Assembly (NCBI GenBank): GCA_964512235.1
Contig: CAZEGD010000002.1
Location: 40,768 to 104,767, forward strand
Source: an uncultured archaeon
Lineage (GTDB): Archaea; Aenigmatarchaeota; Aenigmatarchaeia; CG10238-14; SCSR01
DNA length: 64,000 nucleotides
Reading direction: 5' to 3'
In this document: positions 9,415-18,575 of the stretch, piece by piece
How positions within the stretch are numbered: the first letter of the stretch is position 1
How the letters are laid out: every line of letters begins with the position of its first letter
Notes under the pieces: generated by a model
What the model was told of the DNA's origin: nothing
What the model saw: the letters and a program-made list of their open reading frames with translations, nothing else
Database searches by the model: none
Translations under genes and position numbers: made by a program

Positions 9415-9708
9415 TCAAGGAGAACTGACGAGTTGTGGAGTTTTCTCAAGTTTTTTCTTGTAGTTTTCCACACGTTTCTTTAACTCTGGGTCCTTTTCAA
9501 TCAATATGTTATAAAGGATTACAGCATCTTCTGAAGTCTTGAAAAGTTGGCCTTCGACTTCATTTTTAACATTTAGATAAAGATCCACTGCCTCGTCAAA
9601 TGGCAATACCGCGACCAGTTCTGGAGCGCCAGGGTTCTTCTTTCTGGCATACACATGCAACTTATCGCCAACGAACTTAGTCCAAACATCTAGGTTTGGG
9701 TTCTCCAT
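9415..9708 (-). CDS. hypothetical protein
   Basis: 97-aa ORF with CTTAAAT box 23 nt upstream. Confidence 0.6.
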   Translation of the reverse strand: MENPNLDVWTKFVGDKLHVYARKKNPGAPELVAVLPFDEAVDLYLNVKNEVEGQLFKTSEDAVILYNILIEKDPELKKRVENYKKKLEKTPQLVSSP

Positions 9709-9768
9709 AAAAACTTCTGCTGATTATGTTAATTTAAGCATTGTAGTGTTGCTTAACCAGTATCGGGT

Positions 9769-10065
9769 TTAGAGATTTTCTCTATGGAGCGATTCTCTGA
9801 CTTTTTCCAAATTTTTTTCAGCGTCTTCGTATGGATTTCTTTTCATAATCTTTACAGCTTCTTTCCCTTTCTGAGTTATGTGCAAATCGCCGTCTGTACC
9901 TATCTCAACATAAGGACCTAAAAGAAGTTCATCTAAAGCCTTTTTCACCCTAGTAGGATTATTCGGAAATTCGTTGTATATCTTATCTCTTGGCATAGAT
10001 TCTTTCTCACATATTAAACGTAGGATATATCCGATGGGGCTATTTGTCATTTTTCCACCAAACAA
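9769..10065 (-). CDS. winged-HTH-like hypothetical protein
   Basis: VKKALDELLLGPYV..LHITQKG wing pattern. Confidence 0.6.
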   Translation of the reverse strand: MFGGKMTNSPIGYILRLICEKESMPRDKIYNEFPNNPTRVKKALDELLLGPYVEIGTDGDLHITQKGKEAVKIMKRNPYEDAEKNLEKVRESLHRENL

Positions 10066-10115
10066 ATTATAAAAGCGAGAGATTTAAATCTCACCCTACA
10101 TATACTTCAGAACTC

Positions 10116-10607
10116 TCACTTTTCCATCAGAAGCCCGTCTACATAGTCTATTTGGTCTTCCGGTTTTTCGTGTGATCTGACTAATTCTTCATAAATTTGT
10201 CTGACCCGATGCACATTGTCGCTGTCTATCCAGTATATACGTCCTGCGCGCTCTTTTTCAACTTCTCCGTATCCAGAAGTGATAATACCCCGATCTCCTA
10301 AAACATCTAATGATGACGATATTTCATTTCTTTCAATTAAACCCTCGAAATAGTCTACAAGTCTTGTAAATGTAGCGGGTATTTTAGTCATGTTGTATTT
10401 GTAAATCTGTACGGCTATCTTCAGATAATTATCTAGACTTTCCATAGCATTTGGGTCTGCTTTTTTGAATTCTTTGTTCTGATTCTTTAATGGGAGTGGA
10501 ACTTCAGGTATGTCTGACCCAATTAAGAAAAGTTCTTTTGGTTTCGGAAGCAAAATATCACCTAGAATAAATATAGAGTTTAAACTTTTATATTCGGTAT
10601 ACGCCAC
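10116..10607 (-). CDS. hypothetical protein, wHTH-like C-terminal half
   Basis: ISSSLDVLGDRGII..RIYWI. Confidence 0.55.
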   Translation of the reverse strand: MAYTEYKSLNSIFILGDILLPKPKELFLIGSDIPEVPLPLKNQNKEFKKADPNAMESLDNYLKIAVQIYKYNMTKIPATFTRLVDYFEGLIERNEISSSLDVLGDRGIITSGYGEVEKERAGRIYWIDSDNVHRVRQIYEELVRSHEKPEDQIDYVDGLLMEK

Positions 10608-10623
10608 ATTGGCTTATTCTAGT

Positions 10624-10920
10624 CTATCCTGCATACACTTCTTTACTCTCACTCTTCACTTCTTTTGGCAGGAAGAAAAGGCCACCATGCAATAGAATTG
10701 CATAAAGGATTATCCTCATGAAGTCTGGAGATTCCATCTTTTTTATCTTTTTTAGGTAGGTTGATACTGTATTCCTGGATATGCCAAGCATTTCCGCTAT
10801 TTCTAGGTTGTTGTAGCCTCTTGCGTTTAATATTATTATCTCTTTTAGCATTATTGGTTTGAAGCCGTATCTCTTTGCTAGTGTGTTGAATAGCTGGTTT
10901 AGGTATCTTTCTATCTTCAT
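10624..10920 (-). CDS. LuxR/sigma70-region-4-type HTH regulator
   Basis: GYNNLEIAEMLGISRNTVSTYLKKI. Confidence 0.8.
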   Translation of the reverse strand: MKIERYLNQLFNTLAKRYGFKPIMLKEIIILNARGYNNLEIAEMLGISRNTVSTYLKKIKKMESPDFMRIILYAILLHGGLFFLPKEVKSESKEVYAG

Positions 10921-10947
10921 GTTAAATATTGTGCATTTTGCATATAT
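10919..10947 (-). promoter_or_regulatory. operator-like element between TATA box and ATG of the HTH gene
   Basis: Minus strand TTTAAATATATGCAAAATGCACAATATTTAACATG; second copy at 7678. Confidence 0.7.
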
Positions 10948-10964
10948 TTAAACTATTTACATAA

Positions 10965-11177
10965 TTAAAAAATAAATACATGAAGGAAAAGAAAAATAAA
11001 GATCAGTCCTATCAAAATAAGTTCAATCAATACTAGTTTCGTTAATTCTTGTATTTCCATAGTAATCTGGGGAATACCAAAAATTGCTCCGATGATTAAG
11101 AAAAATACAGTTAAGGCTCCGAAGAAAATCGCAATTTTCTGTTCTGTAGTATATTTCTCTTTTTTATTAATTTTCAT
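10965..11177 (-). CDS. small two-TM membrane protein
   Basis: Two hydrophobic helices; overlaps upstream gene. Confidence 0.6.
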   Translation of the reverse strand: MKINKKEKYTTEQKIAIFFGALTVFFLIIGAIFGIPQITMEIQELTKLVLIELILIGLIFIFLFLHVFIF

Positions 11178-11380
11178 CGACTCAACCTCGATATTATGCC
11201 AATAATTATCGAAATTATCATCGCTACTATTACGAAGAAGAATAGTAATGAATAACCTGGTGCCAGTTCTGTTAATATTGGACCTAAAGCATAGGTAATA
11301 ATGATAATTATAAAAATTGTAAGTAGAGCTTCAAAAACAAATGAAATTATATTTTGTCCTTTATTCTTCATATTTACCAT
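11174..11380 (-). CDS. small two-TM protein with KGQ class-III-like signal
   Basis: MKNKGQ followed by two hydrophobic helices. Confidence 0.6.
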   Translation of the reverse strand: MVNMKNKGQNIISFVFEALLTIFIIIIITYALGPILTELAPGYSLLFFFVIVAMIISIIIGIISRLSR

Positions 11381-11464
11381 CTTACTTCACAAAAATAAAT
11401 AGTTTGATAATTCCTCAATCTTTATTAATCTTCTGATTAAATTCTGTAATTAGATAGATTTTTC

Positions 11465-12433
11465 TTAACTAGAAAATGTTACATCAAAAACTTTCACTTC
11501 TATTAGAGGATTTGCAGCTGCAGCATATTCAAGATAAGTATCTTTCTTACCAACAACAATTATACCTCTAACTCCTTTACCCTCTTTCTCGGCCATATGT
11601 TTTTTTATCCAACCCATATATCTCGATATCTGGTCTATTATTGAAGAACCAGCTTTTGATTTTTTCAATTCAACAACAACATAATCTGCATTACTACATA
11701 ATAAATCGAGTCTTCCAACATCGGTAACTTTCTGCCTAGCGACTACTTTAAGATGTGGGTCTAACTTATGGATGTTTTGCTCTATGATGGTCTCTAAATT
11801 CCTTTCAAGGATTTCTGTGTAGCCTATCTGCCTACTAACTTTTTCTTTTATTATTTCTTTTTTATCGTCTTCTTTGATATCCGACTTTATCTCAACCCAC
11901 CTTCCCTCTTCGAGGTAATTCAAGAATTCGTCTATCGACCCAAATTTTTCTACCAAAGGCGTTAATCTATCTCCGCTTATTTGCATAAAGCCTTGTGGAG
12001 TATAGTTAGGTGCATAACCTACAACTTTATTGAAATCTGAAACAGGAACCGATAGTTCTCTTAGATTATCAAGAAGGTACATATATTCCCAAGTTTGTCC
12101 AGAGGAGTCCGTACTCCATAAAAATTTAGCTAATTCAAGATTATGTATTTTGTGTACGACGGTAGCAATATATTCGTAATTCCCCTTTCTATAAATCAGA
12201 ATTTTATCATTGACTTCTAGGTTGCGCCAATTTCGTATGTTTCCACTTCCAGGTGTGGCTCCCCATGCCCTTATTTTTCTATCGCGGAAATAATCTTCCA
12301 CATCTTTCAAATCATTCTCTGATAGAAATTGTTTTATTTTATTATCTAAAGTGAATCCTTCTTCTATTGTATCAATATAATGTCTGTAAGCTTCGTCTCT
12401 ACTTGCTGTAAAAACGAATAATTTGGCGGTCAT
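11465..12433 (-). CDS. putative modification-dependent endonuclease (EVE/PUA-like N-terminus + NucS/DUF91-type PD-(D/E)xK domain)
   Basis: WGATPG..NWRNLEVNDKILIY; ERNLET..GRLDLL..VVVELK..QISRY; AT-rich. Confidence 0.7.
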   Translation of the reverse strand: MTAKLFVFTASRDEAYRHYIDTIEEGFTLDNKIKQFLSENDLKDVEDYFRDRKIRAWGATPGSGNIRNWRNLEVNDKILIYRKGNYEYIATVVHKIHNLELAKFLWSTDSSGQTWEYMYLLDNLRELSVPVSDFNKVVGYAPNYTPQGFMQISGDRLTPLVEKFGSIDEFLNYLEEGRWVEIKSDIKEDDKKEIIKEKVSRQIGYTEILERNLETIIEQNIHKLDPHLKVVARQKVTDVGRLDLLCSNADYVVVELKKSKAGSSIIDQISRYMGWIKKHMAEKEGKGVRGIIVVGKKDTYLEYAAAANPLIEVKVFDVTFSS

Positions 12434-12469
12434 AGTGTACTACTAGTTAATTGAACTCTCAATTTTATA

Positions 12470-12509
12470 TTATATTCCTTTTTCTAGAGCACACTTCCGG
12501 CGAGAATCT
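12470..12509. repeat. direct repeat copy 1 (22-bp perfect core)
   Basis: TTATATTCCTTTTTCTAGAGCA also at 14629. Confidence 0.85.
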
Positions 12510-13920
12510 AAACTCTATAACCTCTTCCTTCTTTTACCATCTTCGTCTTCGGTGACAATCTCCTAAACATGCCCGGATGCTCAGTATGCACAGGAAATAG
12601 CATCTTCGGCTTGATCCTCTCTATCAATTCTTTCAAATCCGTACCTGACATGTGCCCGCTACAGTGGCACTGCACCTGACGCAGATCAAAATGCTCCATC
12701 CAGTTCTTCATCCTCCCAGCAGACATCTCCATCTCCTCGTTGAACGGCTCGGAAAGAGAGTGTATATACAGGCTATCTTTCGGCTTCAAATCCACGAGCA
12801 TATTGAAGTACCAGAAATTCAGCACGGTCATGTAATCATTCGGCTTCTTCTGCATGTCTTCTGCTGTGATAATGTTCGGATAATCCATCCTTTCCCTTAT
12901 GTACTTGTCCGAATAGTCCTTGTCATCATAAGTGCCTGTCATCCGCTTCGGCTTAAGCAGATAGATACCTTTACCAGTACTATCTGGCACATTCAGCGTC
13001 TTATCCATATGATAGCGCTCCAGAAAGCACGCGTGCTTGAAGCTGATCACAAGCTTCTTCTCTACCTCTTGTGAAATGCGATAGAAAGTGCGGAATCGGT
13101 CCACATCCTTGAAATTGAAGTCTACTATGGACAGTCCCCTGTTCTTCAGTATCTCCCTCTTCGAGTCAGCATACACCTTCGCCTCTGATTCATCGGTCTT
13201 TTTGATGTCAATTCTGGTGCCTTCAGTTATCATCGCTATCGGTTTCACTTCCTCCGCTCTCTTCATAAAGTCCATAGTCATCTCCGAATGAGCACCATGC
13301 ATCCGCATATCTCCAGTATAAACGACTGGACCTTTGCTTGTATGTATGATGAAACCGTACGCGCCAGGGACGCTGTGATCCACATGAATGGGTTCTATCT
13401 CCAATGACCCAATCTTGAACTTCTTGCCTGTCCTAAATGTATGAAAGGTGCGCTCTTCCGGAGGCTTCCTGTAGTCCGTGCGAAATAAAGGCCGCTTCTT
13501 GAAGTTCAGCACTTCATTCTCTATGCCCCTCTGGCTCTGCTCTTCCACTGCCTGCAATATGCGATGGCATGTCTCTCCGCAATATATCGGAATGTCCTTG
13601 TGCAAAAACGAAATATAGTTTGCATGGTCTGCATGCGCATGCGAGAGAACGACTCCGTCTATCTCCGGATCTTTCGGCTTACGTCCATAATGTTTGAGCA
13701 AATCATCGCGGTAGACACCTTCTATGTCTGGTATCAGTCCCATTGCAAGGAAGTCGCCTATGCCGTTTGCTGTTCTTGGCTTCAGGAACTCTTCGAAGAA
13801 TTGTGCACGCTTGCCAAAGCTCATTCCGAAATCTAAAAATATTTTGGTACCTTTATCTTCCAACAGTATCTTGTTACCGCCAATTTCCTTCACTCCGCCA
13901 TAGAAAGTTAGTTTGACCAT
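12508..13920 (-). CDS. beta-CASP/RNase J-like metallo-beta-lactamase hydrolase
   Basis: GGVKEIGGN, SHAHADH, VDHS, YTGD, HCSGH, PVHTEH; start set at MVKLTFYGG. Confidence 0.88.
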   Translation of the reverse strand: MVKLTFYGGVKEIGGNKILLEDKGTKIFLDFGMSFGKRAQFFEEFLKPRTANGIGDFLAMGLIPDIEGVYRDDLLKHYGRKPKDPEIDGVVLSHAHADHANYISFLHKDIPIYCGETCHRILQAVEEQSQRGIENEVLNFKKRPLFRTDYRKPPEERTFHTFRTGKKFKIGSLEIEPIHVDHSVPGAYGFIIHTSKGPVVYTGDMRMHGAHSEMTMDFMKRAEEVKPIAMITEGTRIDIKKTDESEAKVYADSKREILKNRGLSIVDFNFKDVDRFRTFYRISQEVEKKLVISFKHACFLERYHMDKTLNVPDSTGKGIYLLKPKRMTGTYDDKDYSDKYIRERMDYPNIITAEDMQKKPNDYMTVLNFWYFNMLVDLKPKDSLYIHSLSEPFNEEMEMSAGRMKNWMEHFDLRQVQCHCSGHMSGTDLKELIERIKPKMLFPVHTEHPGMFRRLSPKTKMVKEGRGYRV

Positions 13921-13965
13921 ATTCTCAATTGATAATTGGTATGAAACAGATAAAAGCAATATTTT

Positions 13966-14589
13966 TCAACCATAGAAAGGATATCTTCTATGCATCATCC
14001 GCCTTAGATCAGCGTCAAGCTTTGCACTTAACTCACGTTGCTGCTTAGAGATAGATTCCAAGCCGCTAACAACATATGGGCCCTCTAGAATTGGTGGTTC
14101 TATTGCCGAAAGTTGTTGTGGCAATCGTCTGGTCGCTTTTAGTGTAGATTGCATAACCTTTTTCATAATAGCATTCACAGCTTGATTGGGTGTTTTTAAT
14201 CCTTGCTCAACTTCCGATTTCATCTCCATCGTAAACTCCATAACTTCTTTCATGTCAACATTTCTGAACCCATAAGGGATTTCTGCCCCGCGTCTAAACC
14301 CTTTTCCCACAGCTTGTGGCATCCCGGGCACCCTTGGGATTCTAATCCTTGGTGCTGATCTTTCAAAGTCAAAATCTTTTATCTCAATTCCTATAACAGT
14401 TGGTTTTGTTTTGTAGATTGTATCTTTCTTCAGTAGCCATGCAGCATCTGGTGAGTAGATTAAAGCATCGTAGAATCCGCCTGGGCTTCTGTAAGTTATA
14501 GCGCCCCATTTAAAATCTCTACCATGCGGTTTTTTGTTATACTTCTTCAGTATATCATCCCAAATTTCTTCTCCCGGCAACACGCCCAT
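13966..14589 (-). CDS. hypothetical protein
   Basis: 207-aa ORF preceded by GGGGT RBS-like site and duplicated promoter. Confidence 0.65.
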   Translation of the reverse strand: MGVLPGEEIWDDILKKYNKKPHGRDFKWGAITYRSPGGFYDALIYSPDAAWLLKKDTIYKTKPTVIGIEIKDFDFERSAPRIRIPRVPGMPQAVGKGFRRGAEIPYGFRNVDMKEVMEFTMEMKSEVEQGLKTPNQAVNAIMKKVMQSTLKATRRLPQQLSAIEPPILEGPYVVSGLESISKQQRELSAKLDADLRRMMHRRYPFYG

Positions 14590-14628
14590 AATATCTACCC
14601 CTACAAGTAGTAGATTATCTCTTAATTT

Positions 14629-14668
14629 TTATATTCCTTTTTCTAGAGCAGACTCCCACCAAGACTCT
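14629..14668. repeat. direct repeat copy 2
   Basis: Matches 12470-12509: 22-bp identical core plus 12/18 in the extension. Confidence 0.85.
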
Positions 14669-14720
14669 GTCGTTCTTGAGTAAAGATAAGAATTTATTTC
14701 TAATCGTCCAAGCATAGTCT

Positions 14721-15110
14721 ATGGGGAGTAAAACGCCTAGAGATATAATTATAGTATTAAAAAAAGGTAGGATGGTTCCTATACTTGAGAGCCTTGGTTG
14801 GGATCTTCTCCCACGTGGAGGTGAAAAACCAGACATCTTTGAAATAGCTGCTAGAAGAAATGCTCTAAAGGAAGTCTACAAAGAGTATGAACCTGTAATT
14901 GAAACCCTGCAGAAGTACGGACCCTCGACTCTGGAGCAGATTAGCGGATATACCGGAAGACCATATGGAGAAGATAAAGGATATTTAGAACTTTTGCTCA
15001 TGATTGATGTGGTGAAAAAAGAAGATGGAATATACAGATTAGCTGCAGATGTGAAAGAAGTATTATCGCTTTTTGATGTTGATGGTAGCTCCGTTATGAT
15101 ACTTCCCTAA
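14721..15110 (+). CDS. hypothetical protein, wHTH-like
   Basis: GPSTLEQISGYTG..YLELLLMIDVV..GIYRL. Confidence 0.55.
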   Translation: MGSKTPRDIIIVLKKGRMVPILESLGWDLLPRGGEKPDIFEIAARRNALKEVYKEYEPVIETLQKYGPSTLEQISGYTGRPYGEDKGYLELLLMIDVVKKEDGIYRLAADVKEVLSLFDVDGSSVMILP

Positions 15111-15185
15111 AAACTAGTGTCCTAGATAATTAAAAAACTTAAATCCTTAACGAACTACCTAAAAATAGGTTTGATGTAAAGAAAC

Positions 15186-16115
15186 TTATGGCAGATCCGG
15201 CAGCTTCTCGTCAATCTTCTCGAACCCCTCCTTGAATATGTCTATTATCCTCTCCTTCTCTTTCCTGAGCTTCCTGTTGTGCGACTCGAGGCAGATGCCT
15301 GCTAACATCAGTAGCCCACCACCCATGATTGTCTCAGGCATTATCTGCTCGCCTATCACCACTGACGCTAAGACTATAGACAATATCGGTGTTATCATTA
15401 TCGCTATCAATGACCCTGTCTCCGCTTCTATTCGCTTTAGTGCCAGATTGTAAAACAGGTGAGCAAGCGCTGTGGAGACAATTCCTAGAATGACTAGATA
15501 TACTATGCTGCTTGAGATTTCACCCAATCCATAGATGAATGGGAAGGGGGACAGTAGTATCGAAGCGAAGAGAAAGAACCAAACCACGGCTCCGATGCCG
15601 TGTGTCTTGCCCTCTTTCCTCATATTGACTATTAACAACCCGTAAAAGACTGCACCCGTCAGAGCTAACATATTTCCCAAGTTGCTTTCTCCAAACTGGA
15701 ATGGGTTTATTATCAACAACCCAGCAGCTGCAATGATTAGAGTTATTATCTTTGTCAAAGTGATTTTTTCTTTTAATAAGAAATATCCAAAGACTAAAAC
15801 AAAAAATGGGTAACTATAATTCAGCAAGACTGCGTTCTGTATCGATGTGAATATGTTTGCGGCTGTATATAGTGACAGCGATATAGCGTAAATGGAACCG
15901 ATAAGGAAAAAGTCTTTTGCATCCTTCTTTGTAATTTTATACCACTTCTTGTCAAGAAATGGCACTACCGCCAGCAGAAAGAGGAGGCCGAAGAAGATTC
16001 TAAAAAAGTTTAGAGTCATTATTGGAATTGTGTCTCCAATCAGTTTGACGAGCACACCTATAGTACCCAGGCAAAGAGCAGCCAATACCATGTAAGTGTA
16101 GTTCAAACGCCTCAT
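15186..16115 (-). CDS. DMT/EamA family transporter
   Basis: ~10 TM helices, LLKEKIT and IGEQI repeats; start set at MRRLNY. Confidence 0.88.
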   Translation of the reverse strand: MRRLNYTYMVLAALCLGTIGVLVKLIGDTIPIMTLNFFRIFFGLLFLLAVVPFLDKKWYKITKKDAKDFFLIGSIYAISLSLYTAANIFTSIQNAVLLNYSYPFFVLVFGYFLLKEKITLTKIITLIIAAAGLLIINPFQFGESNLGNMLALTGAVFYGLLIVNMRKEGKTHGIGAVVWFFLFASILLSPFPFIYGLGEISSSIVYLVILGIVSTALAHLFYNLALKRIEAETGSLIAIMITPILSIVLASVVIGEQIMPETIMGGGLLMLAGICLESHNRKLRKEKERIIDIFKEGFEKIDEKLPDLP

Positions 16116-16177
16116 AGATAGAATATTTGATTGGTAGAATAAAACTCTCCAAACAAGTCTTTTCATTTAAATTTTAT

Positions 16178-16396
16178 TCACACTTTGCCTTTTTCAAAGC
16201 CATTATTTTTACGATATGCGCGCTCCAAGAATGCAGTATATGGAGTTCTATCATTAAAATTCAAAACTAACCGACAATAAGTTTGATGAGCAAAATAATG
16301 AAGACTAGCATGACCTTCCAAGAAACCTTTCATCTTGTCATACGAAACAGATGGAAGGGGTCTTAATGGTTTTAACTCTGTATTAAGTATTTTCAT
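16178..16396 (-). CDS. hypothetical protein (ORFan)
   Basis: CATAAAT box 22 nt upstream. Confidence 0.5.
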   Translation of the reverse strand: MKILNTELKPLRPLPSVSYDKMKGFLEGHASLHYFAHQTYCRLVLNFNDRTPYTAFLERAYRKNNGFEKGKV

Positions 16397-16459
16397 AAAA
16401 TAAACTTCTAAGAAAGAGATTTATGCTTATCGTCTTTTTACATCTTCCGTCAAGAATCT

Positions 16460-16765
16460 TTATTCTAACTTCAGAGATTTTATCAGTTCCAATCTCTCTG
16501 CAGGAATCGCGTTTCTATCCATATATATATTTGGAGGGGCAAGCAACATACCCTTACCAGCCTTAGCGAGTCTCTCTTCACAGTCCCCACCCATTTCCAC
16601 CCAGACTCTCGAAGAGAGTAAATAGACCGCTTTGACTATCGCTGGTATGTCTTTTCCAAGACTATTTCTGTAGAATATCGTATCTCCAGGATTCACGTAC
16701 GCTAAGTCTTCCTCTCCCAGAGGGATTAGATCCATTTTACTCTTTTCCATTCTAACACACTCCAT
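16460..16765 (-). CDS. hypothetical protein (ORFan)
   Basis: Co-oriented ORF in array. Confidence 0.55.
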   Translation of the reverse strand: MECVRMEKSKMDLIPLGEEDLAYVNPGDTIFYRNSLGKDIPAIVKAVYLLSSRVWVEMGGDCEERLAKAGKGMLLAPPNIYMDRNAIPAERLELIKSLKLE

Positions 16766-16780
16766 ATAAATAGAGTTAAT

Positions 16781-17176
16781 TTATGCAAATTCTTTTGGCA
16801 ATGTCTCAGACGGGCAGTAAAATGTTTCCCTTACTTTCGAATCCACAGTCACTACTGGTTTGATTATTTCCCTTTTAGCTTTCAGCCCGCCATCGACGAG
16901 TTTCCAAGCATTGTATAAGGTTTTATAGACTTGACCGGTCTTTTCAACTACACCTACTTCAATGAGAACATTGTAAGTTTTTAATGCCTCTTCTAGATCG
17001 AACAGCTTCTTTGCCCACTTTGGAAGTTTGTCATAAATCTGTGTTATTGTCCCAGGTCCATAACTGCAAAGCATTTCATCGTAAAAAATAGCAGGCTCTT
17101 CTAAATGTATTATTTTACCATCCTTACCTTCCAATCTCAATACAATATCTTTATTCCATTTTTCCATTATCTTCAC
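16781..17176 (-). CDS. hypothetical protein (ORFan)
   Basis: Overlaps stop of upstream ORF. Confidence 0.55.
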   Translation of the reverse strand: MKIMEKWNKDIVLRLEGKDGKIIHLEEPAIFYDEMLCSYGPGTITQIYDKLPKWAKKLFDLEEALKTYNVLIEVGVVEKTGQVYKTLYNAWKLVDGGLKAKREIIKPVVTVDSKVRETFYCPSETLPKEFA

Positions 17177-17499
17177 CTTCCCAATTTAGAGCATAGGTTA
17201 TCATAGAGCTGTTCTATACCCTTTGGTGTCATTGGATTATCATAAGTACCCTGAGACTTAATTGTTGTGCTGTTATTCGTGTTAGAGCGTCTGTATGTAC
17301 TACAAGCTCCTACGACACCCTCAGCTTCTCCAAATTTGTCTACAAGGTCGACCGCTTCAACAAATAGATCATTAGTGATGTTAAATCTCGTCATGTCTAT
17401 TTGAAACAATTTACTAGCTAAATATATCTTAAGTTCTTCATGACCAGGAATACCTTTTGTAATCGCGGATTCTTGCATTGTGTTTTTGCTTACAGCCAT
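17173..17499 (-). CDS. hypothetical protein (ORFan)
   Basis: CTTAAAT box 23 nt upstream. Confidence 0.55.
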   Translation of the reverse strand: MAVSKNTMQESAITKGIPGHEELKIYLASKLFQIDMTRFNITNDLFVEAVDLVDKFGEAEGVVGACSTYRRSNTNNSTTIKSQGTYDNPMTPKGIEQLYDNLCSKLGR

Positions 17500-17541
17500 A
17501 CTAAAGACCTTGAAAGTTAAGGATTTAAGCCTGTCGACTTG

Positions 17542-17937
17542 CTATACAAGATATCTAGTACAGGTAGGCTCTCTAAAGTAAAAGACGTCTATGCACTTTT
17601 TGTCGCCGTTCCCTATCCCATCCTGCGTCTTCAGCAGCTTCAAAGTCCACTCGTACATTGTGCTCAACGTAGGGATCAAATAGCTTAGAAAAAATGTCTT
17701 CCCTTCTGAGGGGTTTATATATTTCTGGAGTTCAGCGTCAATTATAGAAATGCGCTCTTTGAGCCCGTCCAGATTCTTCCTGTCCTTCTCAAGCATGCTT
17801 ATTGCATCTTTTATTGTCACGTAGGAAAAGGGTATTGATACTATGTTGTCAATGGCGTTTTCGCAACATGTATGGCATTCTTTCACATCTGCGGCGATTC
17901 TTTCAAGTTCTTCTTTCTCTGAAGGCATGGTTATCAA
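17542..17937 (-). CDS. hypothetical protein (ORFan, helical)
   Basis: CTTAAAT box upstream. Confidence 0.55.
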   Translation of the reverse strand: MITMPSEKEELERIAADVKECHTCCENAIDNIVSIPFSYVTIKDAISMLEKDRKNLDGLKERISIIDAELQKYINPSEGKTFFLSYLIPTLSTMYEWTLKLLKTQDGIGNGDKKCIDVFYFREPTCTRYLV

Positions 17938-18012
17938 ATATTGATGATGTTAGAGAAATTTAAGTTTGTCATTCTCTTCCTTGGTTGATATTTTCTTTCA
18001 GAATTTTCTTTT

Positions 18013-18429
18013 CTAAAGTGAATCTTTGAATATTCCTTCGTGAAAGACCAAACCCGAAGAAAGTGCAATCATTGGATTGCCTTCACTTCTTTTGACGATT
18101 GTACCTTTGCCCACTCTTCCGTAACCGGTCTTTTCCATAAGTGCCTGGTACGCGCTTCTATAGTCGGTCTCACCATTATTATCTGAAGGAACATCTTTAA
18201 CAAGATAATAAGACATTATTTTATCTTCCGTGGGAGTTATTGGTATGTAGCATACTGCTACTGTACTACCCGCAACGTAGACTAAGTGTTTATCTATAGG
18301 ATCGTCAGGCCACCAATCCCTAACCAATACTTCTTTAGAAATTTTTACACCGGAAAGTTCCTCTTTTCTAAATCCTTTGATAAATTCTAAGAATTGCACG
18401 GGTTCTATTGTAATTTCTTCGATTTCCAT
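18013..18429 (-). CDS. hypothetical protein (ORFan)
   Basis: GATAAAT box 23 nt upstream of ATG (MEIEE). Confidence 0.55.
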   Translation of the reverse strand: MEIEEITIEPVQFLEFIKGFRKEELSGVKISKEVLVRDWWPDDPIDKHLVYVAGSTVAVCYIPITPTEDKIMSYYLVKDVPSDNNGETDYRSAYQALMEKTGYGRVGKGTIVKRSEGNPMIALSSGLVFHEGIFKDSL

Positions 18430-18575
18430 ACTAAACAAAAGAAATAATAGAAATTTATCCTTTACTGTCTGATGATTATCGGTTGCTTCTAAATCTACAA
18501 TTGGTGGGATTTGAAAGATTTAGGTCTGCCTTGAACATTGGAATTTTTAATATCCAATACTCAGAATTATTTAAT

